From contig JBBPEB010000006.1 in assembly GCA_039096225.1 (NCBI GenBank), positions 992,001 through 1,056,000 of the forward strand: a DNA stretch of 64,000 bases. The letters are read 5' to 3'. Every line of letters begins with the position of its first letter. Within the stretch, counting starts at the first letter, position 1. The notes beneath the pieces are model-generated. The model searched no databases, was not told where the DNA came from, and worked only from the letters and a program-made list of their open reading frames with translations. This document shows, one piece after another, positions 14,808 through 36,900 of this stretch. The DNA is from Blastocystis sp. Blastoise. Lineage: Eukaryota; Protista; Bigyra: Opalinata. The position numbers and the translations under genes were made by a program.

Positions 14808-15951
14808 ATGATAACTCGTTTTATTAGAACATTTTCTTCTTATCCTTTTGGTCATAGTATAACACCTACACATTATCATATGAAAGTACGTTAGTTTTTT
14901 GTTCATTATTACTTCTATAGGGTGTTAATTATCGATCTCGATTTATTGATATATTCAACAGTAAAATGTGTGCACAATGTCAGTATTTTGGATTGTATAT
15001 TCTTGATAGACCCTACTATGATCGACCTCCAGAGTGGGATGTTCCTCGAAAATTAAGAACTACTCATGTCAACGTAAAATGGGATTCACGAAAGATTATT
15101 CATTTGCATTGTCCTCCACAATATGATATTCCCTATAGACCAGGTATATATATCTAGATATAATCATAAATATCTGTTTTCATGTGATTTGAAAACATGT
15201 TGAATAGAATTTTAGACAATTGATTATTATACTATCTAGTTGATTTAACAGCTCGTTATATTCGTGCTGCATTCTTTGTGACAAAGAAGAAATGCAGTAA
15301 AGAAGCTGTAGAACGTAATAAATGTCGTCGAAAAGTTCAATATGCTTGTCAAAATACTTTATGTTATCATGCTCATTATGGTATATTTATATATTAAATA
15401 ATAAGATAGAATAGTTACATTTTGTGTAATTTTTTATTTAATTAATAGCTTATCATTATATATATATAAGCAATAATATTATATTTATTCTAGGTTTTGA
15501 TTATGGATTCTTTTTATATTCAAAATTATTAACAGCCACTAATGAAGAATTAGAACAATCTGTAGAGAAATGCATGCGTAAATTGAATTGCTGGGTTGAT
15601 GTATTAGGTACAGAACAGTCTGTAAGAGAGATTATACAACGAAATAAACAGAAAACAAATGAGAAACCCGCGGTTATTCATCCTTTGGCTGTAGATGCTA
15701 TTCCAAATGGAACCATGCTATCTCATTTTAATAAATTAATTTCTATATTAAAACAAGAAGAATATGAAGAGATGAAAAGAGAAAGAGAAGATGAAATGAA
15801 AAGAGAAAGAGAAGATGAAATGAAAAGAGAAAATGAAAATGTAGAGATGAAAAGAGAAAATGAAATAAAAAGAGAAAATGAAATAAAAAGAGAAAATGAA
15901 ATAAAAAGAGAAAAAGAAATAAATATGTTGAATACAGAACATAAGGAATGA
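14808..15951 (+). CDS. rnpA: Bacterial-type RNase P protein (RnpA-like) with predicted mitochondrial targeting peptide and C-terminal charged repeats; 4 exons
   Basis: Spliced: MITRFIRTFSS...RSRFIDIFNSK...YIRAAFFVTKKKCSKEAVERNKCRRKVQYAC...GFDYGFFLYSKLLTATNEELEQSVEKCMRKL. This matches the RnpA KK-x-AVxRN-x-x-RR motif and downstream G-x-D strand. Introns at about 14886-14920, 15144-15238 and 15381-15492. Confidence 0.72.
15765..15925 (+). repeat. Coding tandem repeat (EMKRERED / ENEIKR)
   Basis: 24-bp and 18-bp units in the last exon of the RnpA-like gene. Confidence 0.85.
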
Positions 15952-16118
15952 GGATTATTTGGGAAATTTATATTTTTATTATTATTTTTTTAAATGTTTT
16001 CTGAATTTTTTAAAATAGTTGATTTATAAATATTGTTTAGTTTTGATATACAAAATTTTTAATAAAAAATAAAAAACAAAAAAAAACACATTTCAACAAT
16101 TGATAACTAACAATAATT

Positions 16119-17401
16119 TTACGAGGATAATTTCTTTTTTTGTTCTTCTTTTTCTAATTGTTTGATTTTCTATAATAATAATTGAATTATAAATTTAAGA
16201 AATATAGAATTATAATAAAGAATAATAATAATAATAATAATATAGACTATACATCATAGATTTGTTTGGGAATACCATCAATAGAGTCATTTATATAAGA
16301 ATTCTCATCACCACAACTATTTGCATTACGTTCATTGATCAACGACGCTAAATTCAAATAAGCCTATATAGATAACATATATCATTTGAAAATAGTATCA
16401 ATAATGTATATTATAGATTTTAATAAGAGAAAAAATAGATAAGTATACATCTTTATTAGCACCAAATGTTTGCTGATGTTTACGACGTTCTTCATCACGT
16501 GCTGCAGCACGTGTACGATCTTCTTCTGTAGCCCAAGTATCACTGTCTACAATTATTATATATATATAATAATATATATATATACAAACATCTTTTGAAA
16601 AATAATCATTTTGATCATCATAACTATATATATGTATATATATATAAAGAAAAATAAATATATACACTTTGCTTCTAGCTACTTGATTTTGATCATAATT
16701 TAATAATTTATCCTAATTCTATAAGTATACATATACATATATTTACTTTATTTTGTTCTGCTTTTTTATATTCATCAGTATCCTATAAATATATATATAG
16801 AATAATAATCATTTATATTATATACAAGGATATAGTTGTTATTAATAAGTCGTTTGCAGTAAGGACATTTTTGTTTGGTTTCGTCTGGATTCTTTTCTAA
16901 TTCACATAATATATAACCACAGTAAACACAATTATATAATAATTCATGCTTTGTTGCTTGGCAACCACATATATATTGATCTTCTTCTTTTTCTTCAACT
17001 GGTTGTTTTTCAGTCTCTTTCTTGGAATCTTCATTTATAGAAAGTGTTTTTGCTTCTTTACGCATAATTCTCTTATTCTTGGTTAAATTTTCTTTATTTT
17101 GTGCCTGCTTTAATACAGGAGCAGTACTCATATCACTAGAATCATTTTTTCTTAATTGATTTCGACGAACGCGAGGAGTGACTTTCTCAGGTGTTTTTAC
17201 TGGTGACACAATAATTCCACGAGCTTTGTTAATACGATCAGTGATTCGTTGAGCTTCAGACTTGTCACCAAGTAAACCCTCAAAGTAAGACATCATGTCG
17301 TCATTTGATGTCATCGATAATATATAATTTATAATATCATCAGACACATCTCCATTTAAGACATCAGATAATTCTTCAAGAATAATTTTACGAACAGACA
17401 T
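16119..17401 (-). CDS. TRIP4/ASC-1 (yeast Rqt4)-like C2HC5 zinc-finger protein, multi-exon
   Basis: PWI-like N-terminus (DIINYILSM). CGCQATKHELLYNCVYCGYILC...CPYC. Downstream KLLNYD and YDDQNDYF...W motifs. No ASCH domain seen. Confidence 0.8.
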
Positions 17402-17849
17402 AACTGAATACTTTTTAATAATTAAAAAAAATGTTCGTTTTCATTTTTTTTTTGAGTGGTTTCTCGGTGGTTATTTGATATTTTAATAAATAGGTGATAG
17501 ATTTGTTATTCACATAATTTATATAAGTGAATCTTGAATTAATATACTTTGTATAATATGCAAATTAGGTGATGAAGTTGAAAATGGTTATTTTTGTTGT
17601 TTTTTCTATGTAGAAAAATATGGTTACATTTTGATTGAAAGAGATTAAGGGTAAAAAAATCAAAAAAGAATGGTATGACAACAAGAATGTGTGAAGAAAG
17701 ATGAAAACAAAACAATTATGAAGCTACAAAATGATAGTTAATGCTAGATACGTTAATATAGAGATATTTAAAGATGTGAATATATAGAAAGCTATGATTA
17801 TTAAGCAAAAATTAATAAAAAAATGAATAATTTTAATAAATAATAAGAA

Positions 17850-20148
<2,299 letters not shown>

Positions 20149-20761
20149 AACTCCAAAAGAAAAAGAAATATATCTCAAAAACAAAAATATAAAAAAATGA
20201 TATTCTAAATGAATTCTTCTAGTACAAAATGGAAAAATCGATGATTTCACTGATTTATCATAAATAAACACGATTACGTCGTTAATCAGAATTCTTAGAA
20301 CTTGCTCTTTTATAAGAGACACGTCACTATTTTCATCAATATCTTCTGTTCTATTGTAAAATGTATAATTAGAATGACGTATTCAAAATAAGGATTCTCT
20401 TACTCAGAGTATGAATGTAATAATTTTCTAAAATAAATGGAATTTTAGTTTTAAAACTGTATTTGATCATTTATTTTTGCATTCTTTGAATTTCATTTAA
20501 TTCTTGAAACTATTTAATGCTTATTTTATATATTATTTCATCAATATAGTCTATTGATTCATATTTTTAGTTGTTATTAAGTATTTACTTCTATCATTTT
20601 CTTGTCAGAATTACTATGTAACTATGAATTGAATTTAATTATGGATTATTTTCAACAAAAATCATACAAATAATAAGGAAATGTAATGAAAACTATTATT
20701 TGAAAAGGAGAAAGTGATAGAAAAGTATGAAAAACAGAATGGGTTTCTTTCAATTGAAATC

Positions 20762-27660
<6,899 letters not shown>

Positions 27661-28464
27661 ACTAAGCTGATCTTATGTAACTAGATAATAATTTCAAAGA
27701 GAAAACTCATCTTTTGATAATTCAAATAAAAGGAAGAAATTCGTTAGAATCTTTGTTTTTTAATGAAAAACTAATCCAATGACTTGTCTGATTCTAAATT
27801 GAGAACATGTTTTTGATCCAATTATTTTTTCGTTTTTTTTTCATTTTTATATTGCTTGTTATTGTTGATTTTATTCGTATTTGAAGATATATAAGATTGG
27901 ATTGAGTTAGTATCATCTAAACTAATAAAGTCATCATATCAAATTTTTTGAGAAATAATCAAATTTGACATTTTTTTTGTAATCACAACGTTGTATGTTG
28001 TAGAATAATGTTTATTAAGTGGTGTATGATTATTGTGCAATATGTAGTTGATTAAAGAATAGAGTAATGGTACGTTTCTTTGTATTTTAGATTAAAAACG
28101 AAATATAACACAAAAAAAAAGAGTGACTTTTTCAAAAATGATTTGACATAATAGGACACTAACACATATAAAATAGAAGATGAAACGTGATTTAGAAAAG
28201 GTTGCCATATATATATAGTTAAATAAGAATCAATCATATAAATAAGAAATAATAAACACACATATATATATGACATGAAACATTATTTTTGTGAATGCTG
28301 GAAAAAAAGGTATTTATATAAATAATATGAAACAGAGAACAGAAAAATGAAAAAGAATTTTTTTTATAGAAAAAAAAAGAATTGATATTGATAATAATAA
28401 ATAAATATTTATATATATATTTATTAAGGAAAAACTATTCATTTGGAAGATGATTCGATGAGAG

Positions 28465-28504
<40 letters not shown>

Positions 28505-28532
28505 AAAACCAAAAGAAAATGAGTGTGAAGAT

Positions 28533-29318
28533 TAAACACTAAATTGTTCAGCCAATAAGAATACAGGAAGAGTAGATTGAGGAGTAATTGGTAGAGACTC
28601 AGTCACATTTTTCTTCTTCTTTAATACACTATAATATATAATAATAATATAATAAATACAATACATAATAAATATAATACAATATTTAATAAATATAATA
28701 TATAATATATATATACATAAAGTACGTAACAAGAAGAATAACAAAAATAAAGATTGAAAAGAATATAAGTAATAATATCTGACTTAATGCGCTATAATGA
28801 AAAGGACAACCTTTTGAACTTATATATGTAGATGAAGTATTATTAAGAATATATTGTTTATCGGTTTTTTGAGTGATAGTGAAATTTGTTTCTTGTCCAA
28901 TCATATTACGATATATAGTTAAATCATCTCTTCTTGTAGTTACACATGACAAAGTTTTTAAACTGTAGTATCTATTTTCAGATACCAGTTGATTACATTT
29001 ATAACCTTGAGATAAAAATGATGATATATTATACACAACAATCTGAGCATCTTGAACATTAATCTTTAGAATATCTTTATTATCTTGGGAGATCACTGTA
29101 TATTTTGTAATAATTGCAAATATTTCAGTGTGAGAATCCTCATTTGGAGTATAATAGACGATTTCTTTTTCTATAGAACTTATACTTCCATCAGTAGAGG
29201 TTTGAAAAACATAAGAACAGGATTCATTAGGTGTAGAACTCGTTGAGCAAGAATATTGTCCACAATCAAGTGCTTGACAACACAGTAATAGCAACCATAA
29301 AAAGAAACAGAATTTCAT
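28533..29318 (-). CDS. Hypothetical secreted/type I membrane protein
   Basis: Signal peptide MKFCFFLWLLLLCCQA, Cys-containing ectodomain, C-terminal hydrophobic segment, short spliced tail. Confidence 0.6.
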
Positions 29319-30588
29319 TCTAATAAAGATCAGGGAGAAAATAAAGATTCTTATATTAATAAAATGATTTCCTCTTTTTATCTGTTTAAATAATTTGTGA
29401 TTTTGATATGAAGTGCGTCAGAGCCTAGTGTCATAATCACAAATATATAAATAGAGAGGTGTGTCATTCAAAAAATAGTTTTTTCTTTTCGAAAATTAAT
29501 TTACAGTGGATTTGATCAATATATTCGTGGTTTTATGGTTAAATAAAAAAAGAATTGTAATTCTGCTCTTAATGACTTCATACGAAGAACAGGGAAACGA
29601 TTCTCTTTTAATTTATTTTTGATTTTTCTTCAAAAATGCATTGAATTTCCATAATAATCATATAAACATTTTTTTTTTATACTTTATAAGTTTATTTGAT
29701 AAAGGAAGCAAGAAATGCAATAAATTTGATTTAGATTCTATTTATGAGAGAATTAGGATATTAGTATATAGTTTTTAATGAGTTTCTTGAATGAAATTTT
29801 GTTACTTCTTGTTAATTTTTTCATATGTTTAATAAAATATGGTTGTGTGAATAAAGGAGAATGATCTGAAACATAAAAGAAAAGATAATATACCAGAAAT
29901 CGAAACATAATAAAACAAAATGAATTTAACATAGGTTACGACTTTAATAAATTATACAGTTACGATATTTATATGCAGAGAATAGTAAATAAATATTATA
30001 ACCTATTATTGAGTTATTTCTTGATGATTAAAGTGCTTTTTTTATTACATAAAACAGGACAATTTCTTATAGTTTCACTAATCCATATAGCTAAAAAGCA
30101 TCAACTTTTTTCTATGGTAAAAGAAAATATATATTTTCTTTATAGCCTAATCCATTCTTCTTTTTTTTATGGAATTCATTCGCAGTGTTGTTAGTGTTAT
30201 TTAAAAGCAAATACATATCTTTTTTAAAGTAAAAAAAAAATCACAAATTTAATAAATAATATTGATAATCACTTTATAAACTTTATCAAATAATTTAACA
30301 GTATCTTATATCAATAAACATATATTAAAAACTGACTTACAAACAAACAATTGTTTTCCAGAACACAATTTGTGTTGATAATTCGGAAATTGATTTCCTT
30401 TATAAACTTATAATAATCAAGTCATATCATATTTGATATCAATCTAAAAAATTATCATAGTTATAATAAAAAAATTTAAAAAACTGAAATAAAAACGAGA
30501 AAAGAATGAAAAACTCCACTTATTTTCTATAATTTCATAAAACAATCACATTTTTAAATTTTTTTAGCATCAATAAATAAATTAAAAG

Positions 30589-32898
30589 ATGGTTCGTGAT
30601 CTTACGAAAGAGAGATTGGTTGCTAATTCTTCTTTAACTGATGAAGGCTATGTTGTTTTCTTTGGTGATAACGATAAATTACGTTGTAGTCTTTCTGTGG
30701 AAAGACTTAAAATTCTTTGGAATGATAGTTTCTTTTATCAATCCTGGCTAACTTCATTTATTCCTACTAAGAATGGTGTATATATAGGGAAAAACGATCG
30801 AAATCTGGATTTGATACTTGAATATATGAATGGAAGACCAATTTATCTTGATTTAAAATCAAAGAAAGAGCTTGAAGAATTAAAAGATGACTTTGATTAT
30901 TATCTAGTAGAAGCTCCGGATCAATTAATTAATAAATTGAATACTGTTTCTTATAGAAATGATGATTCTAATGGTCCTATTGATGATATAACGTATACAC
31001 GAAAGGAAGCCATGAATATAGACAATAAAATGGATTCTTTAACTAGTAACATGTCTCAAGTACTATTAAAATTGGATCAGTTAACTAAAGATAATATTCG
31101 GTTAAGAAATAAAAATGATGAAATGATGAATAAAATTCAGACAGTTTTGAGTGATAATGATGAATTGAAGAAAGTTATTCAACAACAAAATAATGAAATC
31201 AATGGAATAAAAAATAGTATTGAATATATTAAAGATGGAAATGATAATCAGAAGAATCCTATATCTATAATTAAAAAAGATATGAATCAATTTAAAGATA
31301 TAAATGATAATATTAATAAAATTATTAATGATAATAAACAGATGAAAGAAGATATAAATGAAGTAAAAAAGAATATTATTAGTCTTTGTAATAATAATAA
31401 TATATTAAATAAAAATAATAATAATATATTAAATAATAATAATAATATATTAAATAATAATAATACTATATCCAATAATAATAATAATACTATATCCAAT
31501 AATAATAATATATCATATAATACTGTTAAAGATATTAAAAAAATGGAATCTACTGCTAATAAAGTAAACCAAATTGTGAATAATAATGCAAATAATAATA
31601 ATACAAAAGATACTAATACTTCAAATGAAATAAAAACTAATAATTCTTTAGAATCTTCTATTTTATATATTGATAATATAATAGATTATTTATTAATACC
31701 TTCTGTTATACCTAATAATAAAAATTTTGTGGATAGTATTATTTTAAATGGTAATAGTGAATATATAAATATTCTTAATGAATGGCTTGGTAAAGAAAAG
31801 CAATGGAAATTACTCTTTAGAGCAAGTGAACATAAATATAAAGCAAGTGAATTTCATAAATATTGTGATAATAAGTGTCCTACTGTGACTATTATTAAGC
31901 ATATAGGTCATGATAATAAGATCAATATATTTGGAGGATATACTACTCAATATTGGGAATCTCAAAGTGATGATTGTTTGAAATATGACAGTGGATCTTT
32001 CTTATTTACTTTAAGTAATGAACATGATATTCCTCCTACTAAATATGATATATTAGAACATGATTGTGCATTATTTTGTAGTAAGAAATATGGTCCTCAT
32101 TTTATGGATATGCGTATTTGCGATGATTGTAATAATAATAATAGTTATATTAATGGATATATTTTCCATTATGCTCATCATAATACTCCTCAATGTACAT
32201 CATTATTTGTAAATACAGCTGGACCAGATAAGCCTAATAGGTTTACTGTTGATGAATATGAAGTATATGTATTAATACCAAATCCTCATTCATATTTACC
32301 AAATTCTATTCTTATTACTAAAGAAATGGGTATTGAGTTAAGTAAATGGTTTGATGAAGATAAAAAATGGAAATTATTATATAGATGTTCTGATGAGAAT
32401 AGAAGTGTAAAAAAATGGCATGAGAAATGTGATGAGAAAGAATCATTAATAATTATACAAGGAAAAGGAAAAGATAATAAATCGTATATATTTGGAGGAT
32501 ATACTAGTGTTAGCTGGGGAAAGAATCATAGTGATTATCCAATTTCACTTCGAGAAGCTAAAGGATATAGAGCAGATCCAAATGCCTTTTTATTTTCATT
32601 AACAAATCCTCATGGACATAATTATACAAAAATAAATATTAATCCTAAATATACAAATAGTGCATTAATTAGTAATGATTCCAATTCAGAACTAGTATTT
32701 TGTGGTAGTATATATTTACATTCTCAAATTAGTAAAGATCAATTCACAAATGGTAGTAATGATTTTTTATGTAATGAAAATCCAGTATATATTTCTCCTT
32801 ATCCTGAATTAGGGAATAGTTTCTTTGTAAATACTAATCAACCTGATAAATCAAATGATTTTGATTTAATTGATTTTGAAGTATTTACAAGCCAATAA
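30589..32898 (+). CDS. BTB/POZ-like domain + coiled coil + two TLDc domains, intronless
   Basis: KCTD-type BTB (YIGKNDRNLDLILEYMNG...DDFDYY). Two TLDc units (WKLLFRASEH...FHKYCD...IFGGYT...SFLFTL and WKLLYRCS...IFGGYT...AFLFSL). Confidence 0.85.
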   Translation: MVRDLTKERLVANSSLTDEGYVVFFGDNDKLRCSLSVERLKILWNDSFFYQSWLTSFIPTKNGVYIGKNDRNLDLILEYMNGRPIYLDLKSKKELEELKDDFDYYLVEAPDQLINKLNTVSYRNDDSNGPIDDITYTRKEAMNIDNKMDSLTSNMSQVLLKLDQLTKDNIRLRNKNDEMMNKIQTVLSDNDELKKVIQQQNNEINGIKNSIEYIKDGNDNQKNPISIIKKDMNQFKDINDNINKIINDNKQMKEDINEVKKNIISLCNNNNILNKNNNNILNNNNNILNNNNTISNNNNNTISNNNNISYNTVKDIKKMESTANKVNQIVNNNANNNNTKDTNTSNEIKTNNSLESSILYIDNIIDYLLIPSVIPNNKNFVDSIILNGNSEYINILNEWLGKEKQWKLLFRASEHKYKASEFHKYCDNKCPTVTIIKHIGHDNKINIFGGYTTQYWESQSDDCLKYDSGSFLFTLSNEHDIPPTKYDILEHDCALFCSKKYGPHFMDMRICDDCNNNNSYINGYIFHYAHHNTPQCTSLFVNTAGPDKPNRFTVDEYEVYVLIPNPHSYLPNSILITKEMGIELSKWFDEDKKWKLLYRCSDENRSVKKWHEKCDEKESLIIIQGKGKDNKSYIFGGYTSVSWGKNHSDYPISLREAKGYRADPNAFLFSLTNPHGHNYTKININPKYTNSALISNDSNSELVFCGSIYLHSQISKDQFTNGSNDFLCNENPVYISPYPELGNSFFVNTNQPDKSNDFDLIDFEVFTSQ

Positions 32899-33946
32899 GA
32901 AATATATAATTATTTTATCTATAAATAAATTATATATGTATATACACTTAAAAAATTATTTTTAATTATTTTTGTTTTCATATATAGTTTTATTCACATT
33001 ATTTAAAAGTTAATTAGTATTTTGTTTTATTTTACAAACTATATTATTAATTATTTTTTATTTATTCATTTTATTTAATTATTCTTTATATTCTTATATA
33101 CTGTTATTCATATATAATACAATATTTACAAATAAATAAATTATATGTTTATTTTATATATATTCATTTATACAATTTGTTATCATCATAAAAATTTTAT
33201 ATATATTAAATTTAGTTACATATATACTATATAATGATTTTTATTCATAATAAAAACAAGGCAGCCTATTTAACAATTAATAATAAATAAAATATTTTAT
33301 ACTAAACATACTTTTCTTACAATTAGGAATAAAAAGGATAATGAATATATATACAAATAAATAGAAATATCTTTTAGTTTAAAAAATAACTAAGAGGATA
33401 TACTATATATATCTATATATATATATGTAAACTTATATAATAAACTATATATAAATAATAATAGACTAGGCATCTATTTTAAATATTGTATGAGTAATAT
33501 ATACTTAGTCTCTTTCCTGAGGCTTTTTATTTTTGCTCTAAAACAACTACAAAAAACATTTGTGATACTGTTGTTTATTATTGATACCGTAAAAATATTA
33601 TCTCTGTATTTATCTCTATTATATCAGACTTAAAATTTTATTTTTATGATAGTCACAATAAATATCACAAAATGTTTTAAAAATATTGTCTGTTTTTCTA
33701 AAGAATATACAAATGAAATTCTATAATTAAATATATATATAAATATTTTATAACAAAAATATTTCAAACTTAAAAATATAATATAATTAACATGTACTAA
33801 AAGTAATAATTATTCTTTAAATATCTAAAAAAATAACATATAATAATCATTATAAGTGTATATATATATTCTATTTATAACAGAACAATATAAATTTGAT
33901 AGAAATAGAATACATATAACTATTGTCTAAAATCTATATATATATA

Positions 33947-36900
33947 TTAAAAACCTTCTTTAATAAAAAAAATAAACCAATGATTTGATGTTTTCATATA
34001 ATTCTTTATTAATTGTTCAATTTCATCTATTTTATTTTCTTCTATATATAATATATAATAATATAATATATAATATATACCACATGATAATAATTGAAGT
34101 TCTTTTAAAAATGGAAATTTTCCATTAACAATCAATTTTATTATTTCATCAGAAAAATGATTATTTTTCAGAACTATATATATTATTATAAATATATTAA
34201 ATATATATCTAATATACTATACTATATATTTATATACTTATATGTAATTTAGAAACAGTTTTTGTATATTCCATCTGTAATTGATTATATATATATTGAC
34301 AATACTCAAAAGATGTTTTTCTTAATTTTCCTAATTGTGAATGCATATATATTTCAGTTATAGGTATATGTAAATAAAAGGATAAGGAAGGAAAGGATTT
34401 TAATATATTATAATCAACATGTTTAACAATAGAATCTATATATATATATATATTTATTATTGTATTTTTTATTCATAAAAGAGTTTGTAGTATATATATA
34501 ATATAATTCAAATAATATAATTTATAATATACTATCTGGGTCAGATAAGTATTCAATATAAAAAGAATCTAATTTAGGAAAAGAGAGAGATGGATTATTA
34601 TGTATATTTTCTATGAATGATAAAATTGGCTGTATTGAATCTACTAAAGCTATATATATAATAATAATTATATTCATTAGTATTAGTTCTAAAGGAAAAA
34701 ATCTATAAAAACAATAATATATAATTATTTTATTTAAAAATTATTCCTATTGATAAATCTTTGAGTTTTAATAATTTATGATTATTAAAATAACGAATAA
34801 ATTGATCCAATATATCCTTTAACCTATTATTATCTATATAATTATAGTATATTAATAATATAATATAATAAATATATTTATATATACAAAAACATATTGA
34901 TAATTCTTCTACATTTATCCAAAGTGGAAATTCCATAATATTTTGTAATACATAAATCATATCACATAAACATCCATCTATATATAGTGAATTCATATGT
35001 TTTATTGAATAATAATGCTGATAGAAATAATCAAATAAATATGATGAACAAAAATAATTAAAAAAAAAATAGAATCATATTTTAAAATAGAGTATAAAAT
35101 AATACAATTTATTTTAAGATATTTAATATTTGAAGAAAATAATGTTAAACATTTTTGAAAAGAAATAATATCTGCATTACTAGAAGATTGATTATCATCA
35201 TATAAATAAGAATATGATTTTGTGGCTATATATATATAGCATAAAACACTTAAAATAAATAATATATATATATTATATAATTAGTTATATAGAAATTTAG
35301 TTTATTATATAATTATAAATAATAATGTGATATATTATAATAGTAGATAAGAATATGTATATACAGAAAGAACATATTGATAAACGGGTAACTGTATTAT
35401 AATTCAAAGAAGAAAAAAAAGAAATAAAATTAATTGATTTAATCATTTGAAATATATTATAATAACTATGTTCCCTTGAATGATTTACTATAAATAAAAA
35501 CAATCAATTAATAACAACTAAAATTAAAAAAAAAATACAACTGATGTCAATTCGAATTTCTTCAAGTTTTTGGCAATTTATTGTATTAATAGTTTTTATT
35601 AATTGTTGGTCACAATTTTGAGAAAGAGAATCACGAATAACTATATATATATATGTTAAAAGTAATATAAGAAAAAAAAATATGAAATAATTTAAAAAAA
35701 TATAAATATTAATATGAATATATATACAAAAAATTATTTCTTTGAAATAATTTTTAGAAAGATCAGGTAATATTTCTTTAGAACCAAAATCACATATAGA
35801 TACAGCTATATATATATTAAATTAAAAAAATAAACTATGTGTAGATAAAAAAAAAATTATAGAATATATTTATATGTTAAATAAATAATAAAAATACTGC
35901 TTAAAAATAAATTTTCACATAAAAGAATATTAGATTTTAATAGTTGTTGCCAATATATTGAATATTCGCTCAAATTTAGCACAAGTACTTTTAGAGTAAA
36001 TTGATGTCTTTTATATGCATTAATAAGTACATTTACAATTTCTTTTCCATACTTTTTGATATAATAACAAAAATGATAATCAATAATTATTGTGTCTATT
36101 AACTCAAAGAGTGAGCTATCAAATAATGTATATATATCCTTCATTGATGCTACTAATGATTCTGAAAACCTATTTGTATAATATGAAGATATATTTAATA
36201 TATGTAACTGAGGAAAATGCTCTCTTGAAAATGATAAAAATAAAGATTTATAAAATATATATTGAGTTGAATCTTCCATATTATCTATATATATATTGTA
36301 TATATATATATATATATATATATACAAAAAACTGATAATGTCGTCACATTTGGAAATGTATGTGAATATATTATTGTCATAAATAAATCTTTATATTCTT
36401 TATAAGATTTATTGTCTATAACTATATATATATAAATGAAAATGAAAATGAAAATATAACTAAATAAAAATAAAACTAAAATAAAAATAAAGTAAAAAAT
36501 AAAAATAAATAAATTCACTTTTATGGAGTAAAACAACATAATTATAATATATATACAAGTAGATATATTCATCTTTTCTAAATTATCAAATATTCCATTG
36601 TTTAATGCTGATAATAAAGCAGGTATAGATAGTGATAAAGAGATACATTTATTTTCTGCTTCTTCTTTATTTGTTCCACTACATTTAATTATATTTAATT
36701 GTTTACATTGAGGTATATTATATATATAAGATGCTATTTTATCTACATAATAATTCTCTCTATATATAATTATATAGATATATTTTTATAAAAAAATAAT
36801 GTTTTATTTATTATCATATTAATATTTATATTATTATACGAAAAAGTGAGTAGTCCAATTAATTTATTAGGAAATTCTATAAATAAATATATATATATAT

